IMG/VR virus record: IMGVR_UViG_642791618_000001
Location: 14,958-78,957 of that record
Reading direction: 5' to 3' (one strand)
DNA length: 64,000 bases
Source: a virus
Lineage: Duplodnaviria; Caudoviricetes
Of this stretch, positions 19,758 through 28,391 are shown one piece after another. Numbering within the stretch: the first letter of the stretch is position 1; every line of letters begins with the position of its first letter. The notes under the pieces are model-generated. The model did no database searches and was not told where the DNA came from. It saw nothing but the letters and a program-made list of their open reading frames with translations. A program made the translations under genes and the position numbers.

Positions 19758-20932
19758 GAGACACCAATCCTTTTCTCTCCGCGGTAATGCGGAAGGTGCG
19801 AAGCGGCCGTCCCCGGCTAGAGACCGCCGAACCTTTCTTCACGCGGGTCGAGCCGGTCCCCCGGGGAAACTACGTCGAGATTTGGTTCCTGACCTCGGGT
19901 TGCACTTGGGATGCCCGCGGCGGATGCACCATGTGCAATTATGGCGCCGGTCCTCAAAACATTGCGCCACTGTTCATGCAGCAAGCCGTGGAGCAGGCGC
20001 TCGCGGTGCTTCCAGTCGCTCCTGCCGAGCTCATGGTATCGCCGTCCGGTGGCATGCTGGATGACCGCGAAGTTCCGCCGAAAGCTCGCCAAGGAATTTA
20101 CGCCGCGATGGCGAAGAGCACTGCCGATCTGCTGCTGATCGAGACGCGCTCGGAGACGGCTACCGAGCGCCATCTCGACGAGTACCGCGCGACCTTTCCA
20201 CACCGATCCCTAGCCATTGAGTTTGGGTTGGAATCGGCCTCTTCGTGGATCTCGACGTTCTGTGTGAATAAGGGCGCCGAGCCGGACCGCTTTGCCGCCG
20301 CCGCCGCCGCCGCACATCGGCGCGAGATCGGCGTCTATGCAAACGTCTGTATCGGCACGGCCTTTCTCTCGGCGCGTGAGTCTGTTGAAGACGCGGTGCA
20401 GACCGCGCGGTGGGCCTTCGCGCACGGAGGCGAGCGGGTGGTCCTTTTCCCTCTGCACATCAAGCGATTCACACTTCTGGAGGTCTTGCACCATGCCGGC
20501 CTATATCCGCGCGTCTCTCTCTGGTCGCTGGTAGAATGCCTGCGCCGCTTGGGTTCGGAAAACAGTCACCGGGTCGAGATCGCGTGGTACAAATCGTACT
20601 ACACGCAAAAATCGAAGATGACCTTCTCCCCTACGACCTGCGACATCTGCCTGCCGACCGTCCTGACGCTCATGGACACCTATCGCCAAACGCAGGATTT
20701 CGCCGTTATCGAGAAGCTCGCAGCCTTTTCCTGCGCTTGCCACGAGGAATGGAGAGCCGCCATCGAAGCGGAGCCTTCGTCGTCGCTGCCGGAACGCGTC
20801 CTGCGCTCGTACGAATTTCTAGACGATCACCTCGGCGTTGGTGCGCGTGATGAACTTGCGAGCGTTTCGCGTCGGCTTTTTGTAGAAGAACCCTTCACCT
20901 ATGCTACTTGGAAGGCCCATGATCTCGCTTGA
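19754..20932 (+). CDS. Radical SAM protein, RaSEA/TIGR01210-like (copy 2)
   Basis: CX7CX2C motif GCTWDARGGCTMCNYG, SPSGGMLDDREVP, LIETRSE, IEFGLES. Confidence 0.82.
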   Translation: MRDTNPFLSAVMRKVRSGRPRLETAEPFFTRVEPVPRGNYVEIWFLTSGCTWDARGGCTMCNYGAGPQNIAPLFMQQAVEQALAVLPVAPAELMVSPSGGMLDDREVPPKARQGIYAAMAKSTADLLLIETRSETATERHLDEYRATFPHRSLAIEFGLESASSWISTFCVNKGAEPDRFAAAAAAAHRREIGVYANVCIGTAFLSARESVEDAVQTARWAFAHGGERVVLFPLHIKRFTLLEVLHHAGLYPRVSLWSLVECLRRLGSENSHRVEIAWYKSYYTQKSKMTFSPTTCDICLPTVLTLMDTYRQTQDFAVIEKLAAFSCACHEEWRAAIEAEPSSSLPERVLRSYEFLDDHLGVGARDELASVSRRLFVEEPFTYATWKAHDLA

Positions 20933-21791
20933 AGTCGCGCAGAATTTTCTCCGCCGGAACGTTCCTTCCGGCAGACCTATGCTTGTCTTCCTTTCCGGCG
21001 GAGTCGACTCCGATGTCGTGGCCCGTCTGGCTGTCGCCACCTTCGGCGCCGCGCGCGTCGTCGGCGCCACCTGCTTGCAAGCCGCGCAAGATCCCGCTCA
21101 TCCAGAGAATGCCGCGCGGCTCGCCCGCACTTTGGGCATCGAATACGCGCAATTGAACTTGGGGCAGATGCCAGCCGAACTCGCCGCCGAGCTGGCGCGG
21201 GCCTCTCCCCGATTCGACGATGGGGAAAACGGCTGGCTGATCGAGGCGAGAGCCAAGTGCGCTTTGCGAACCTCCATCGCCGCACTCTACCACGATCGGG
21301 GCTACTACATCTTAGGGTGTGGCAATCGCACAGAATTGCGCTTGGGGTTCTTCATGCCACTTGGGGACGGAATTTGCCACGCCGCCCCAATCCTGCACTT
21401 GTTCAAAACCGAGGTGTATGTCCTTGCCCAGGCATTGGGCACCGACTCCCAAGTGATCGAGCAACCGCCGTCTGCGGGTTTTTGGCCCGGTCAGTCGGAC
21501 TTGGAGGATATCGCCTACTGGATGCTCCATGGTGGCCCCATCGTCCGGCCCGTGCATTTTTCGGAAGAAGATATCGCGGAGGTCGAACGGATGCGCCGCG
21601 TCCTGAGCTTTGCAGGGCTCGACGCGGCCCTTAAGGAATACGAGCGCGGCTCTGCTCCCGCCTTTGCGGCGTCCGTCTCAGGTCTGGAGCTCAAGATCGT
21701 GGAACGTGTTTACCGCGTCGCCGAGGCAGCGCGGGCGCTCAAGCTAATTCCCATGTGTGCGTCGCTTCTCTCGGAAGCTGCGCCGACATGA
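20919..21791 (+). CDS. Diverged NH3-dependent NAD synthetase-like (AANH/PP-loop) enzyme
   Basis: LSGGVDS, GCGNRTE, GDG, LFKTEV, PPSAGFWPGQSD. Substrate-site motifs are altered relative to NadE. Confidence 0.78.
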   Translation: MISLEVAQNFLRRNVPSGRPMLVFLSGGVDSDVVARLAVATFGAARVVGATCLQAAQDPAHPENAARLARTLGIEYAQLNLGQMPAELAAELARASPRFDDGENGWLIEARAKCALRTSIAALYHDRGYYILGCGNRTELRLGFFMPLGDGICHAAPILHLFKTEVYVLAQALGTDSQVIEQPPSAGFWPGQSDLEDIAYWMLHGGPIVRPVHFSEEDIAEVERMRRVLSFAGLDAALKEYERGSAPAFAASVSGLELKIVERVYRVAEAARALKLIPMCASLLSEAAPT

Positions 21792-23284
21792 AGACGCTGG
21801 CGCTCCTTCTCCGAGCCGCGAGCGCTGACGCCGGATCCGCCGTAGCCCTGCTTTCGGACCGGCATCGGCTCTCTTATGCAGATACGTGGCGGCAAGTGGA
21901 GCAACTCGGTTGCGAGTTGCAGGCTGCGGGACTGACGCCTGGGAAGCGTGTAATCGCGATCACATCCCTGACCGTCGAGACTGTGCTCATGTTGGTCGCC
22001 ATTTCGTGGACTGGCGCCATCATCATTCCGGCCGTCGCCTCGGGGCCTGGAGCCGATCTGAACGGCGTTAGGCAGTTCAGTCCTTGTCATTTGATCGGCA
22101 CAGCCGAGCATCTCGAACCCTTCGATGTAGAGCTTTGTGCAGAATTCAGGGTGGGTGAAAAGCGTTACTTCCTAGGCCGGTGGGAAGACGACCAAGATGG
22201 TGATGCACCGACCCGCGACGAAACCATCTTCCTCACCTCGGGCACCACGGATGGCCCGCTGGGTGTGGTCTGTTCGCAAGCCCAAATCGCTTTCTGCCAA
22301 GCGGCAATCCAACAACGGCTCCGTTACGTTCCACAAGATCGCGTGTTGATCGGCGGCCCACTTTCATTCGATTACCACTACTATCAACTGCTGCTCGCCT
22401 TTGCCGCGCGCGCGACGTTAGTCGTCTGCGATCAGGTGCAAAACCCCCTGGCAATGGCCGACCGAATTCTCCGGATGAAAGTCACCGTCCTGCCGTTGAT
22501 CCCATACAGCTTCCGCCTGCTGCTAAAGTCGCGCATGCTGGAAAGGGGCGACTATTCCTGCGTGCGCCTGCTCTCTGCCACCGGAGAGGTGTGGCCCAAG
22601 CGCGAAATCGAACTCCTTGCGCAAGCGTTTCCCGCTGCCAGCGTATTTCCAATGTATGGGCTCACGGAGTGCAAGCGGGTCAGTATCCTCGATCAGCGGC
22701 TCAATCCGGAGTTACTCGGGGCGGTGGGCTTTCCGCTCACAGGGACACGAGTGCAGATTTTTGACCCCAACCACAGCGCATTGTCCACTGGCGACGTTGG
22801 CGAGATCGCCGTTGAAGGACCTCATTTGGCTGATGGGTACTTTCAGCGTCCCGAGGCCACATGCAGACGTTTTCATCAGCACCCGGATGGGAGACGCTTC
22901 CTGCTCACGGGCGACCAAGGCTACCTGGACGAGCGGGGCGCTCTTTGGTTCGTCGGGCGTGATACCCAACTGATCAAATACCGGGGCATTCGCACCTCCG
23001 CGGCGGCGATTGAAACCGCCTTCCTCCAGTGCCCGAATGTCCAGCGCGCCGTCGCGATGAATGTTCTCACGCGGTCCGGAGAAAAGGTCGCCGTGATGAT
23101 CGAACTGGCCGATCAGAGCGCTGCCGGCGACACGAAGATCGCGGAGACTGTGCGAAGTCTGTGGCCCTTACACGGGCAGCCGGATTACTTTGAATTCGGC
23201 TTCATTCCTCTCCTTGCCAATGGCAAACCAGCCCGCGCCAAGGTTGCCACTTTACTCCATGAACGGTGCACCCGAATCGAATGA
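21788..23284 (+). CDS. AMP-forming adenylation enzyme (ANL superfamily)
   Basis: LTSGTTDGP, YGLTEC, LTGDQG, GRDTQLIKYRG, LANGK. Confidence 0.88.
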   Translation: MKTLALLLRAASADAGSAVALLSDRHRLSYADTWRQVEQLGCELQAAGLTPGKRVIAITSLTVETVLMLVAISWTGAIIIPAVASGPGADLNGVRQFSPCHLIGTAEHLEPFDVELCAEFRVGEKRYFLGRWEDDQDGDAPTRDETIFLTSGTTDGPLGVVCSQAQIAFCQAAIQQRLRYVPQDRVLIGGPLSFDYHYYQLLLAFAARATLVVCDQVQNPLAMADRILRMKVTVLPLIPYSFRLLLKSRMLERGDYSCVRLLSATGEVWPKREIELLAQAFPAASVFPMYGLTECKRVSILDQRLNPELLGAVGFPLTGTRVQIFDPNHSALSTGDVGEIAVEGPHLADGYFQRPEATCRRFHQHPDGRRFLLTGDQGYLDERGALWFVGRDTQLIKYRGIRTSAAAIETAFLQCPNVQRAVAMNVLTRSGEKVAVMIELADQSAAGDTKIAETVRSLWPLHGQPDYFEFGFIPLLANGKPARAKVATLLHERCTRIE

Positions 23285-24194
23285 ACGGAACCCGTGGATC
23301 GAAGGAGCTCTGTCGCTCCGTCAACTCTCGTATGGATGCCACGTTCTGGCAGCCTTTCAGCTCATGCCGGAACTCGAGGAATTGCTGAGCGCTACCGAAC
23401 TAGCCGGTCTTACGGGACTCTGTTTTGGTTTGTCTCACGTCGACAGAGATCGCGCGCGTCAACTCGTTCCTAGTGTTTCTCCTCTTCCGGCATTGTCCAG
23501 CGCCTTGGGTGCCTTGGGAATTGCCTCGTCGCTGAAACACTGGGGCGAACAGGAGGGCGATGCCGCGTACCGCGATCTGGCCGTGCAGACCGAACGCCGT
23601 CCCACGTTGGTCGGTCCGTTGGATATGGGACTGCTTTTCCACAATCCGTCGGCGCTGGTTTACCGTGGTCTTGATCACATGCTCGTCGCGCTCGAGGTGC
23701 ACGAACACGAGATACTCGTAACCGACAGTGAAGGATTTCCCGCCGTCGTCATTCCACGGGAAGAATTCTTGACGGCGTGGCGGGCTATCTCCGTTCCTGA
23801 ATCGCATCGCTCTTTCAATAGTCTATGCGTCGACAGAGTTTCGCCGTTTAGGGATGAGGAGCGTGAACGTGCGCACCTCCGGGAGGCGCTGCTTGCGCAG
23901 CGCCCTGCTTCCAGTGCGCACGTCGCGGCCATAATACAGCGGATCAGCGCCAGCCAATCTGAGGACGAGGGCAGTGGATTGGAACTCAATCTGGCGGCTC
24001 TCTTGGAGAGAGCGTCATGCACGTTGCAGATTACCTATTATTTCTCCGACGGAGATTGGGCTACCATCTCTGAAGCTCTGCTCGAATTGGTCGCGACGCT
24101 CGGCGGCATTCTCGGCCCGCCGCTGGCTCCAGGGCGCCGCATGGCCGCCCTCAAGGGTGTGGCGCGCTATTTCGACCGCCTTTGCGCAGTATAA
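23259..24194 (+). CDS. BtrH/C39-like papain-fold protein (putative carrier-protein transacylase)
   Basis: N-terminal Cys (YGCH), GPLDMG, DHMLVA (His), VTDSEGFP (Asp), EFLTAW. Start codon uncertain. Confidence 0.55.
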   Translation: MNGAPESNERNPWIEGALSLRQLSYGCHVLAAFQLMPELEELLSATELAGLTGLCFGLSHVDRDRARQLVPSVSPLPALSSALGALGIASSLKHWGEQEGDAAYRDLAVQTERRPTLVGPLDMGLLFHNPSALVYRGLDHMLVALEVHEHEILVTDSEGFPAVVIPREEFLTAWRAISVPESHRSFNSLCVDRVSPFRDEERERAHLREALLAQRPASSAHVAAIIQRISASQSEDEGSGLELNLAALLERASCTLQITYYFSDGDWATISEALLELVATLGGILGPPLAPGRRMAALKGVARYFDRLCAV

Positions 24195-24197
24195 CCC

Positions 24198-25133
24198 ATG
24201 CAGATTATTGCGATCACCTACGCCTTGGGTTCAGAGCAAATTCCCGTTGAAAAGCTCGGACTTCAGGCCGCACTTCCTCCGGCGGCGATTGCTCAAATGC
24301 TGGACAATGGTTTGCAGACGGTTCCCGTTTGGCCTGGTGAAAAGCGCCCCCTGGCTTTGCAAAGCTTTATCGCCAGCTTTGGACGCGAACAATGCGAAGC
24401 GCTTCATTCCCTCAAGGCGGTGATCGTGGCCAAAACTCACTTGGGAGCGCACACGTTGCGAGCCGAGGATGCTCGCGATTGGTTTTCCAGCCGGGAGGGC
24501 CATCCGGCGCTCGCAATGGAGGTTACGGGCCAGCCCTGCGCCATCCTGCACAGTGGCGTCGAACTCGCACGAAGGCTTCTTGCGCGATCGAATGGAGAAG
24601 AACCCAGCTGCGTCTTGCTGGTCGGTTGCGACGTTGCGGAAAACGCTGCAGAGCGGTGCTATTTTGGAAGCGCCATGGGGGATGCCTGTGTAGCGATGCT
24701 ATTGAGCATGCGGGCGGGAGGACCAGCCATACTGGGATCCCACGTCGAAACGAACATTGTAGCGCCCCTCGGAGAGCAAAGCGATCCGAACGAGATTGCT
24801 CGATTCCGCCAGCATAATGTATTTTGGATTCGCGAGGCCATTTTCAGAGGGTTGGCGAAAGCGGATCGCTCGCTTGATACCCACTGCATCATACTTCCTC
24901 ACACTCCAAACAGGCACATCGTCGAAGCCATCCGCCAGTCACTGGCTCTGCCGCACGACCGCATCATTTCGGAGTTCATGGCAACGACTGGTCATTGCTG
25001 CTCGAACGACTCATTCATCACCTTTGCCCGCCTCGTGGCCCAAGGTAGACTCCAGAAATACTCCACAGCAGTGCTTGTGAATGGCGGATTTGGTGGTACT
25101 CGTGGCGTGACGGTGATCGAGCCCTCATCATGA
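24198..25133 (+). CDS. KAS III (FabH)-like acyltransferase/condensing enzyme
   Basis: GQPCA (Cys), GDACVAMLL, LPHTPN (His), GHCCSND (His at the usual Asn position), GGFGG. Confidence 0.75.
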   Translation: MQIIAITYALGSEQIPVEKLGLQAALPPAAIAQMLDNGLQTVPVWPGEKRPLALQSFIASFGREQCEALHSLKAVIVAKTHLGAHTLRAEDARDWFSSREGHPALAMEVTGQPCAILHSGVELARRLLARSNGEEPSCVLLVGCDVAENAAERCYFGSAMGDACVAMLLSMRAGGPAILGSHVETNIVAPLGEQSDPNEIARFRQHNVFWIREAIFRGLAKADRSLDTHCIILPHTPNRHIVEAIRQSLALPHDRIISEFMATTGHCCSNDSFITFARLVAQGRLQKYSTAVLVNGGFGGTRGVTVIEPSS

Positions 25134-26071
25134 AGCTTCCGCTCAACATCCACCTCTACATCACCCCGTATTGCCCGGTGCCATGCCGGCACTGCTATTA
25201 TGAGGCGTTGCGGCCCGGGGCACCTTACAGTGGACAGCTTTCGGCAGAGCAAATGGCCAGCGTGATTGTGGCGCTGGATACGGAATACGACATGGACGTT
25301 CATTTGGAGGGAGGGGAAGCATTCCTGAGCGACGACCTGGCCGAGCTTCTGGCACGCGTGCCGACGGACACATGGCAAAAGATCACCATCACAACCAGCG
25401 GCGCCCTAAAGCCGAAATTCGACGTCAAACTCCTGCGCTCGGTCGGAGATTTGCGCGTGTCGGTGGAAGGAATGAACGCCGAGCAGCATTTCACCTTACG
25501 AGGAATGCAGATCGATCGCACCGAGAGCTTCATGCTCGATCTCCAGCGCGATGGCGTTCGCTTTTCCATCCGCTCGACCCTGTTCACGGAGAACGTGCAG
25601 CATTGGATGGGGCTTGCTCAATACGCCCGTCAATTGGGAGCTGCCCAATTGTCCTGGTATGAACTCCAACCGGTGGGCCGCGCGAACCAAACGGCCGAGC
25701 ATGGCTTCCTGACCCCGCAACAGATCGATAGTTTTTTGGCCTCGCTCAGTGCGCAGAGAAGTTCGGACCTTCCGCTCCTGTGTCGCTTTCAGTTTCCTGA
25801 GCGGCGCGTGGAAGCCGTCGGCCAACGAACACGCTCATTGAGCGCCTCGGGTTGGCACGTGCGAAGCCTGCCCGATATCCCTAGCCTCACGATCAACCCC
25901 AATGGAGATATCGGCGTCAGTCCCTGGAAGATTACTGCTCAACATGTAGGCGACCGGTTCGGAAACGTGAGGGACTCGGGATGGTTGGAAAAGGTCCGAA
26001 AAGCTTACGGGGAAGGCAATCTACATGACGCCTCGCCGAGCACCTCTAGGCTTCGCATCAGTTCCGATTAA
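25130..26071 (+). CDS. Radical SAM protein (CX3CX2C)
   Basis: CPVPCRHC, LEGGE, VSVEG. The C-terminal INPNGDI segment is SPASM/twitch-like but lacks the Cys residues. Confidence 0.85.
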   Translation: MKLPLNIHLYITPYCPVPCRHCYYEALRPGAPYSGQLSAEQMASVIVALDTEYDMDVHLEGGEAFLSDDLAELLARVPTDTWQKITITTSGALKPKFDVKLLRSVGDLRVSVEGMNAEQHFTLRGMQIDRTESFMLDLQRDGVRFSIRSTLFTENVQHWMGLAQYARQLGAAQLSWYELQPVGRANQTAEHGFLTPQQIDSFLASLSAQRSSDLPLLCRFQFPERRVEAVGQRTRSLSASGWHVRSLPDIPSLTINPNGDIGVSPWKITAQHVGDRFGNVRDSGWLEKVRKAYGEGNLHDASPSTSRLRISSD

Positions 26072-26093
26072 GACCTGCGCAAACCAAGATGGC

Positions 26094-26582
26094 GTGAGCG
26101 GAAACAGTAAAATAGACATCCCGTTATTGAATCGGGTCACGTCCCCGGGTTCCGTCCGACTCGCCGACAGAGAGGAGGCAGACGTGTGTGTCGAATTCTT
26201 TGCTCGTCACCTCACTGAGGACAATGTTTTCTCTCGGGAATTCCTGTGTCCGATGGGAGTGAGAGCGGCAGTGACCCGCGGGCAAGTCATCGTTTGCAAG
26301 GTCGGTTTGGAAGTAATTGCGGCAGTCCGGTTTTACTGTCGCAAACGAACTGCCTGCGTTTCAATTTACCAATTTGCGGTGAACCCCACCTGGCGCGGCC
26401 ATCGGCTTTCGCTAGAGATGATAAAGGCGGTGCCTCGGGGTTTGCGCATTTCATGTTGCTCGCCATCGTCCTCCTTAAATGAGTATTACGTCAAAACGGG
26501 GTGGACGTTGCGCCGCCGAAGCTGTCAGAAGAACGAGTGGACATTGCCATGCAGCAGCGCAGAGCAATCACCACCCCTTTGA
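26094..26582 (+). CDS. GNAT-like acetyltransferase
   Basis: IYQFAVNPTWRGHRL, NEYYVKTGW. Start uncertain. Confidence 0.6.
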   Translation: MSGNSKIDIPLLNRVTSPGSVRLADREEADVCVEFFARHLTEDNVFSREFLCPMGVRAAVTRGQVIVCKVGLEVIAAVRFYCRKRTACVSIYQFAVNPTWRGHRLSLEMIKAVPRGLRISCCSPSSSLNEYYVKTGWTLRRRSCQKNEWTLPCSSAEQSPPL

Positions 26583-26699
26583 GTGGTTTCCAAAGCGCCG
26601 GGCTCCGCATGCGGGCGGACGAATCCGCGCGACCCTCTTTGGCGCGCAAACCTCGGAGTGACCCGCCGCGCCGAGATCGCGAGTTTCAGCTCGTTACCG

Positions 26700-27332
26700 C
26701 TAAAACAAGTGAATGCCGTGCTGGGTGCGTCCGTTGGTAAATTGCCGTGAATTATCTTTCCGCACCACCGGGCAGTAGACTTTGGTTAAAAACTTTGACT
26801 CATCTAATGCAGGCACCATTGAGCCAGCCCCTCCCCCTGCAATCAAAGAGCCATATATTTCGAGCCAGTCTCCGCCTGAGTAGGCGAACTCAGTGCTCGG
26901 AAGCTGGTCGTGGAGCAACGTCTCTACAGAAGGCCGGATGTTCGCATACGGACCCTCCACTACAAGCTCCGCATATTGTCCTCCCTGCGTATATGTTAGT
27001 GCAAGCGCAGACTCGCGCCCCGCACCATCCTTGTCGAGAATCTCTCGCAGAGCAGAGAACGGGGATGCATTGTTCTGCAAGAACAGACACAACGAAAACG
27101 CGGTCAAGGCTGAGTGATCTCCCCTCCACTCGCCGCGCCATCTTGCGCCGTGTGTGATAAGTTGCCCCGGTGCCAATTCACAACCGAGGAGCGAAGTTCT
27201 TACGCCAGTCCTTTGCTCCCAATTCACAAAGGACGCATGAAGATCTCTCATTTCAGAATCCGGCGACCGCCCGCTCGTAAAGTGGGTTGGGATTGACGCA
27301 ATACGCAACGAGGGCAATTCTAGAATTTGCAT
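26700..27332 (-). CDS. GyrI-like small-molecule-binding protein
   Basis: GGQYAELVVEGPYANI, LEIY, TKVYCPV. Confidence 0.75.
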   Translation of the reverse strand: MQILELPSLRIASIPTHFTSGRSPDSEMRDLHASFVNWEQRTGVRTSLLGCELAPGQLITHGARWRGEWRGDHSALTAFSLCLFLQNNASPFSALREILDKDGAGRESALALTYTQGGQYAELVVEGPYANIRPSVETLLHDQLPSTEFAYSGGDWLEIYGSLIAGGGAGSMVPALDESKFLTKVYCPVVRKDNSRQFTNGRTQHGIHLF

Positions 27333-27767
27333 GGTCTATTCGACAACTTTTAATAAATGGAAGAGAAGCGCAGACGATTTGTGCCTCTGGAGTCAATTGA
27401 CCGTCAACCAAAATTCTTAAAGGTGGACAGACGGGTTTAGGCGGTTGGAACGGAGCATGATGCTCTTGGCTTTCTGCGTAGAGGCACGTTCAAGGCTTTG
27501 GCGCCTGCGTCTTGGAAAGGGCCGAGATTGCGCGTTTAACAGGCGAATTCGGCCTGCGATTTCGGTGAGATGGGCGCTTGTCTCGGACGCACGAAGCACG
27601 AACGGCCTTCTGTTTCCAACACGCCGAACGCCCACCGGCTCGTGGCCGCAGGCGCTTGCGTTCAGCCCGGGCGTCTCAACTCTCGTCCAGGTTGCCAAAC
27701 AGCCGGGCTGGGATGGCTTCAACGCCTTCTGGTCATGCCGGAAGAAATCCGCCTTTCGCTTCCCGTA

Positions 27768-28391
27768 CTACCCCAGAAACCGATGCTTGCACCACCCCCG
27801 GCACTCCTCCATCGCGCTCCGTAGCTGCACCGGGTAGCTCGAACCTGCCTTCTTCATCACCACGCCTTCGAAGAAATCGCAGCCAAGCGCGCGGTTCGCC
27901 TCGCGAAGCCTCGCGTAAAACGTCAGTGCACCGGCTTGATCTTCAACGCGCAGATTCGGCGTTAGGCACACAGCATTGATCGGAACTGAGCGCGTCGTAT
28001 CTCCCGAGAACACCGGATCGCGAGGCAGCAAAGATTCCAGCATCGCCCGCCGCTGCTCGTAGCTCGGCGTTTTGGCTTCTTGAACCACATCCAGCACGAC
28101 GAGCGTGCCACGACCGAGATTGTGGCGGCGTTCCAACGCTTCACAATCAGCCCAAACGAGGCCGCGGCTGGCCAACTTCGCCAGGGAAGCCAGCGCGGGC
28201 CAGAAGCAATCTGCGATTGTGAGCAATGCACCGTGCCGATTCCACATCGTCCCGGTCGGCGTGTGGATGAGTGCGCGCCACCCGTTCAATTTTGGCTCAG
28301 CATACCACAGCCCGCGTTTCGGCGGAGCCAACTCGAGTCGCCCGCCCTGAATCGGCCGTGCGGGATACGTGATCAGCGGAGGCACGTTCAT
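27768..28391 (-). CDS. ATP-dependent ligase-like nucleotidyltransferase (adenylation domain only)
   Basis: EPKLNGWRA (motif I Lys), DCEAL, VLDV, EGVVMK. No OB domain. Confidence 0.7.
   Translation of the reverse strand: MNVPPLITYPARPIQGGRLELAPPKRGLWYAEPKLNGWRALIHTPTGTMWNRHGALLTIADCFWPALASLAKLASRGLVWADCEALERRHNLGRGTLVVLDVVQEAKTPSYEQRRAMLESLLPRDPVFSGDTTRSVPINAVCLTPNLRVEDQAGALTFYARLREANRALGCDFFEGVVMKKAGSSYPVQLRSAMEECRGWCKHRFLG

Noticed and set aside
11121-20932. 7-deazaguanine (dG+/preQ0) DNA modification system, suggested by the RaSEA-like genes
   Set aside because: No dpdA/tgt, folE, queD, queE, queC or arcS in the window; the context is carrier-protein chemistry.
20919-21791. Phage NAD-reconstitution anti-defence pathway, or housekeeping nadE
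   Set aside because: No Nampt/Nmnat/Adps/Namat-type partners, altered substrate motifs, and it is embedded in the biosynthetic operon. The gene symbol is withheld.
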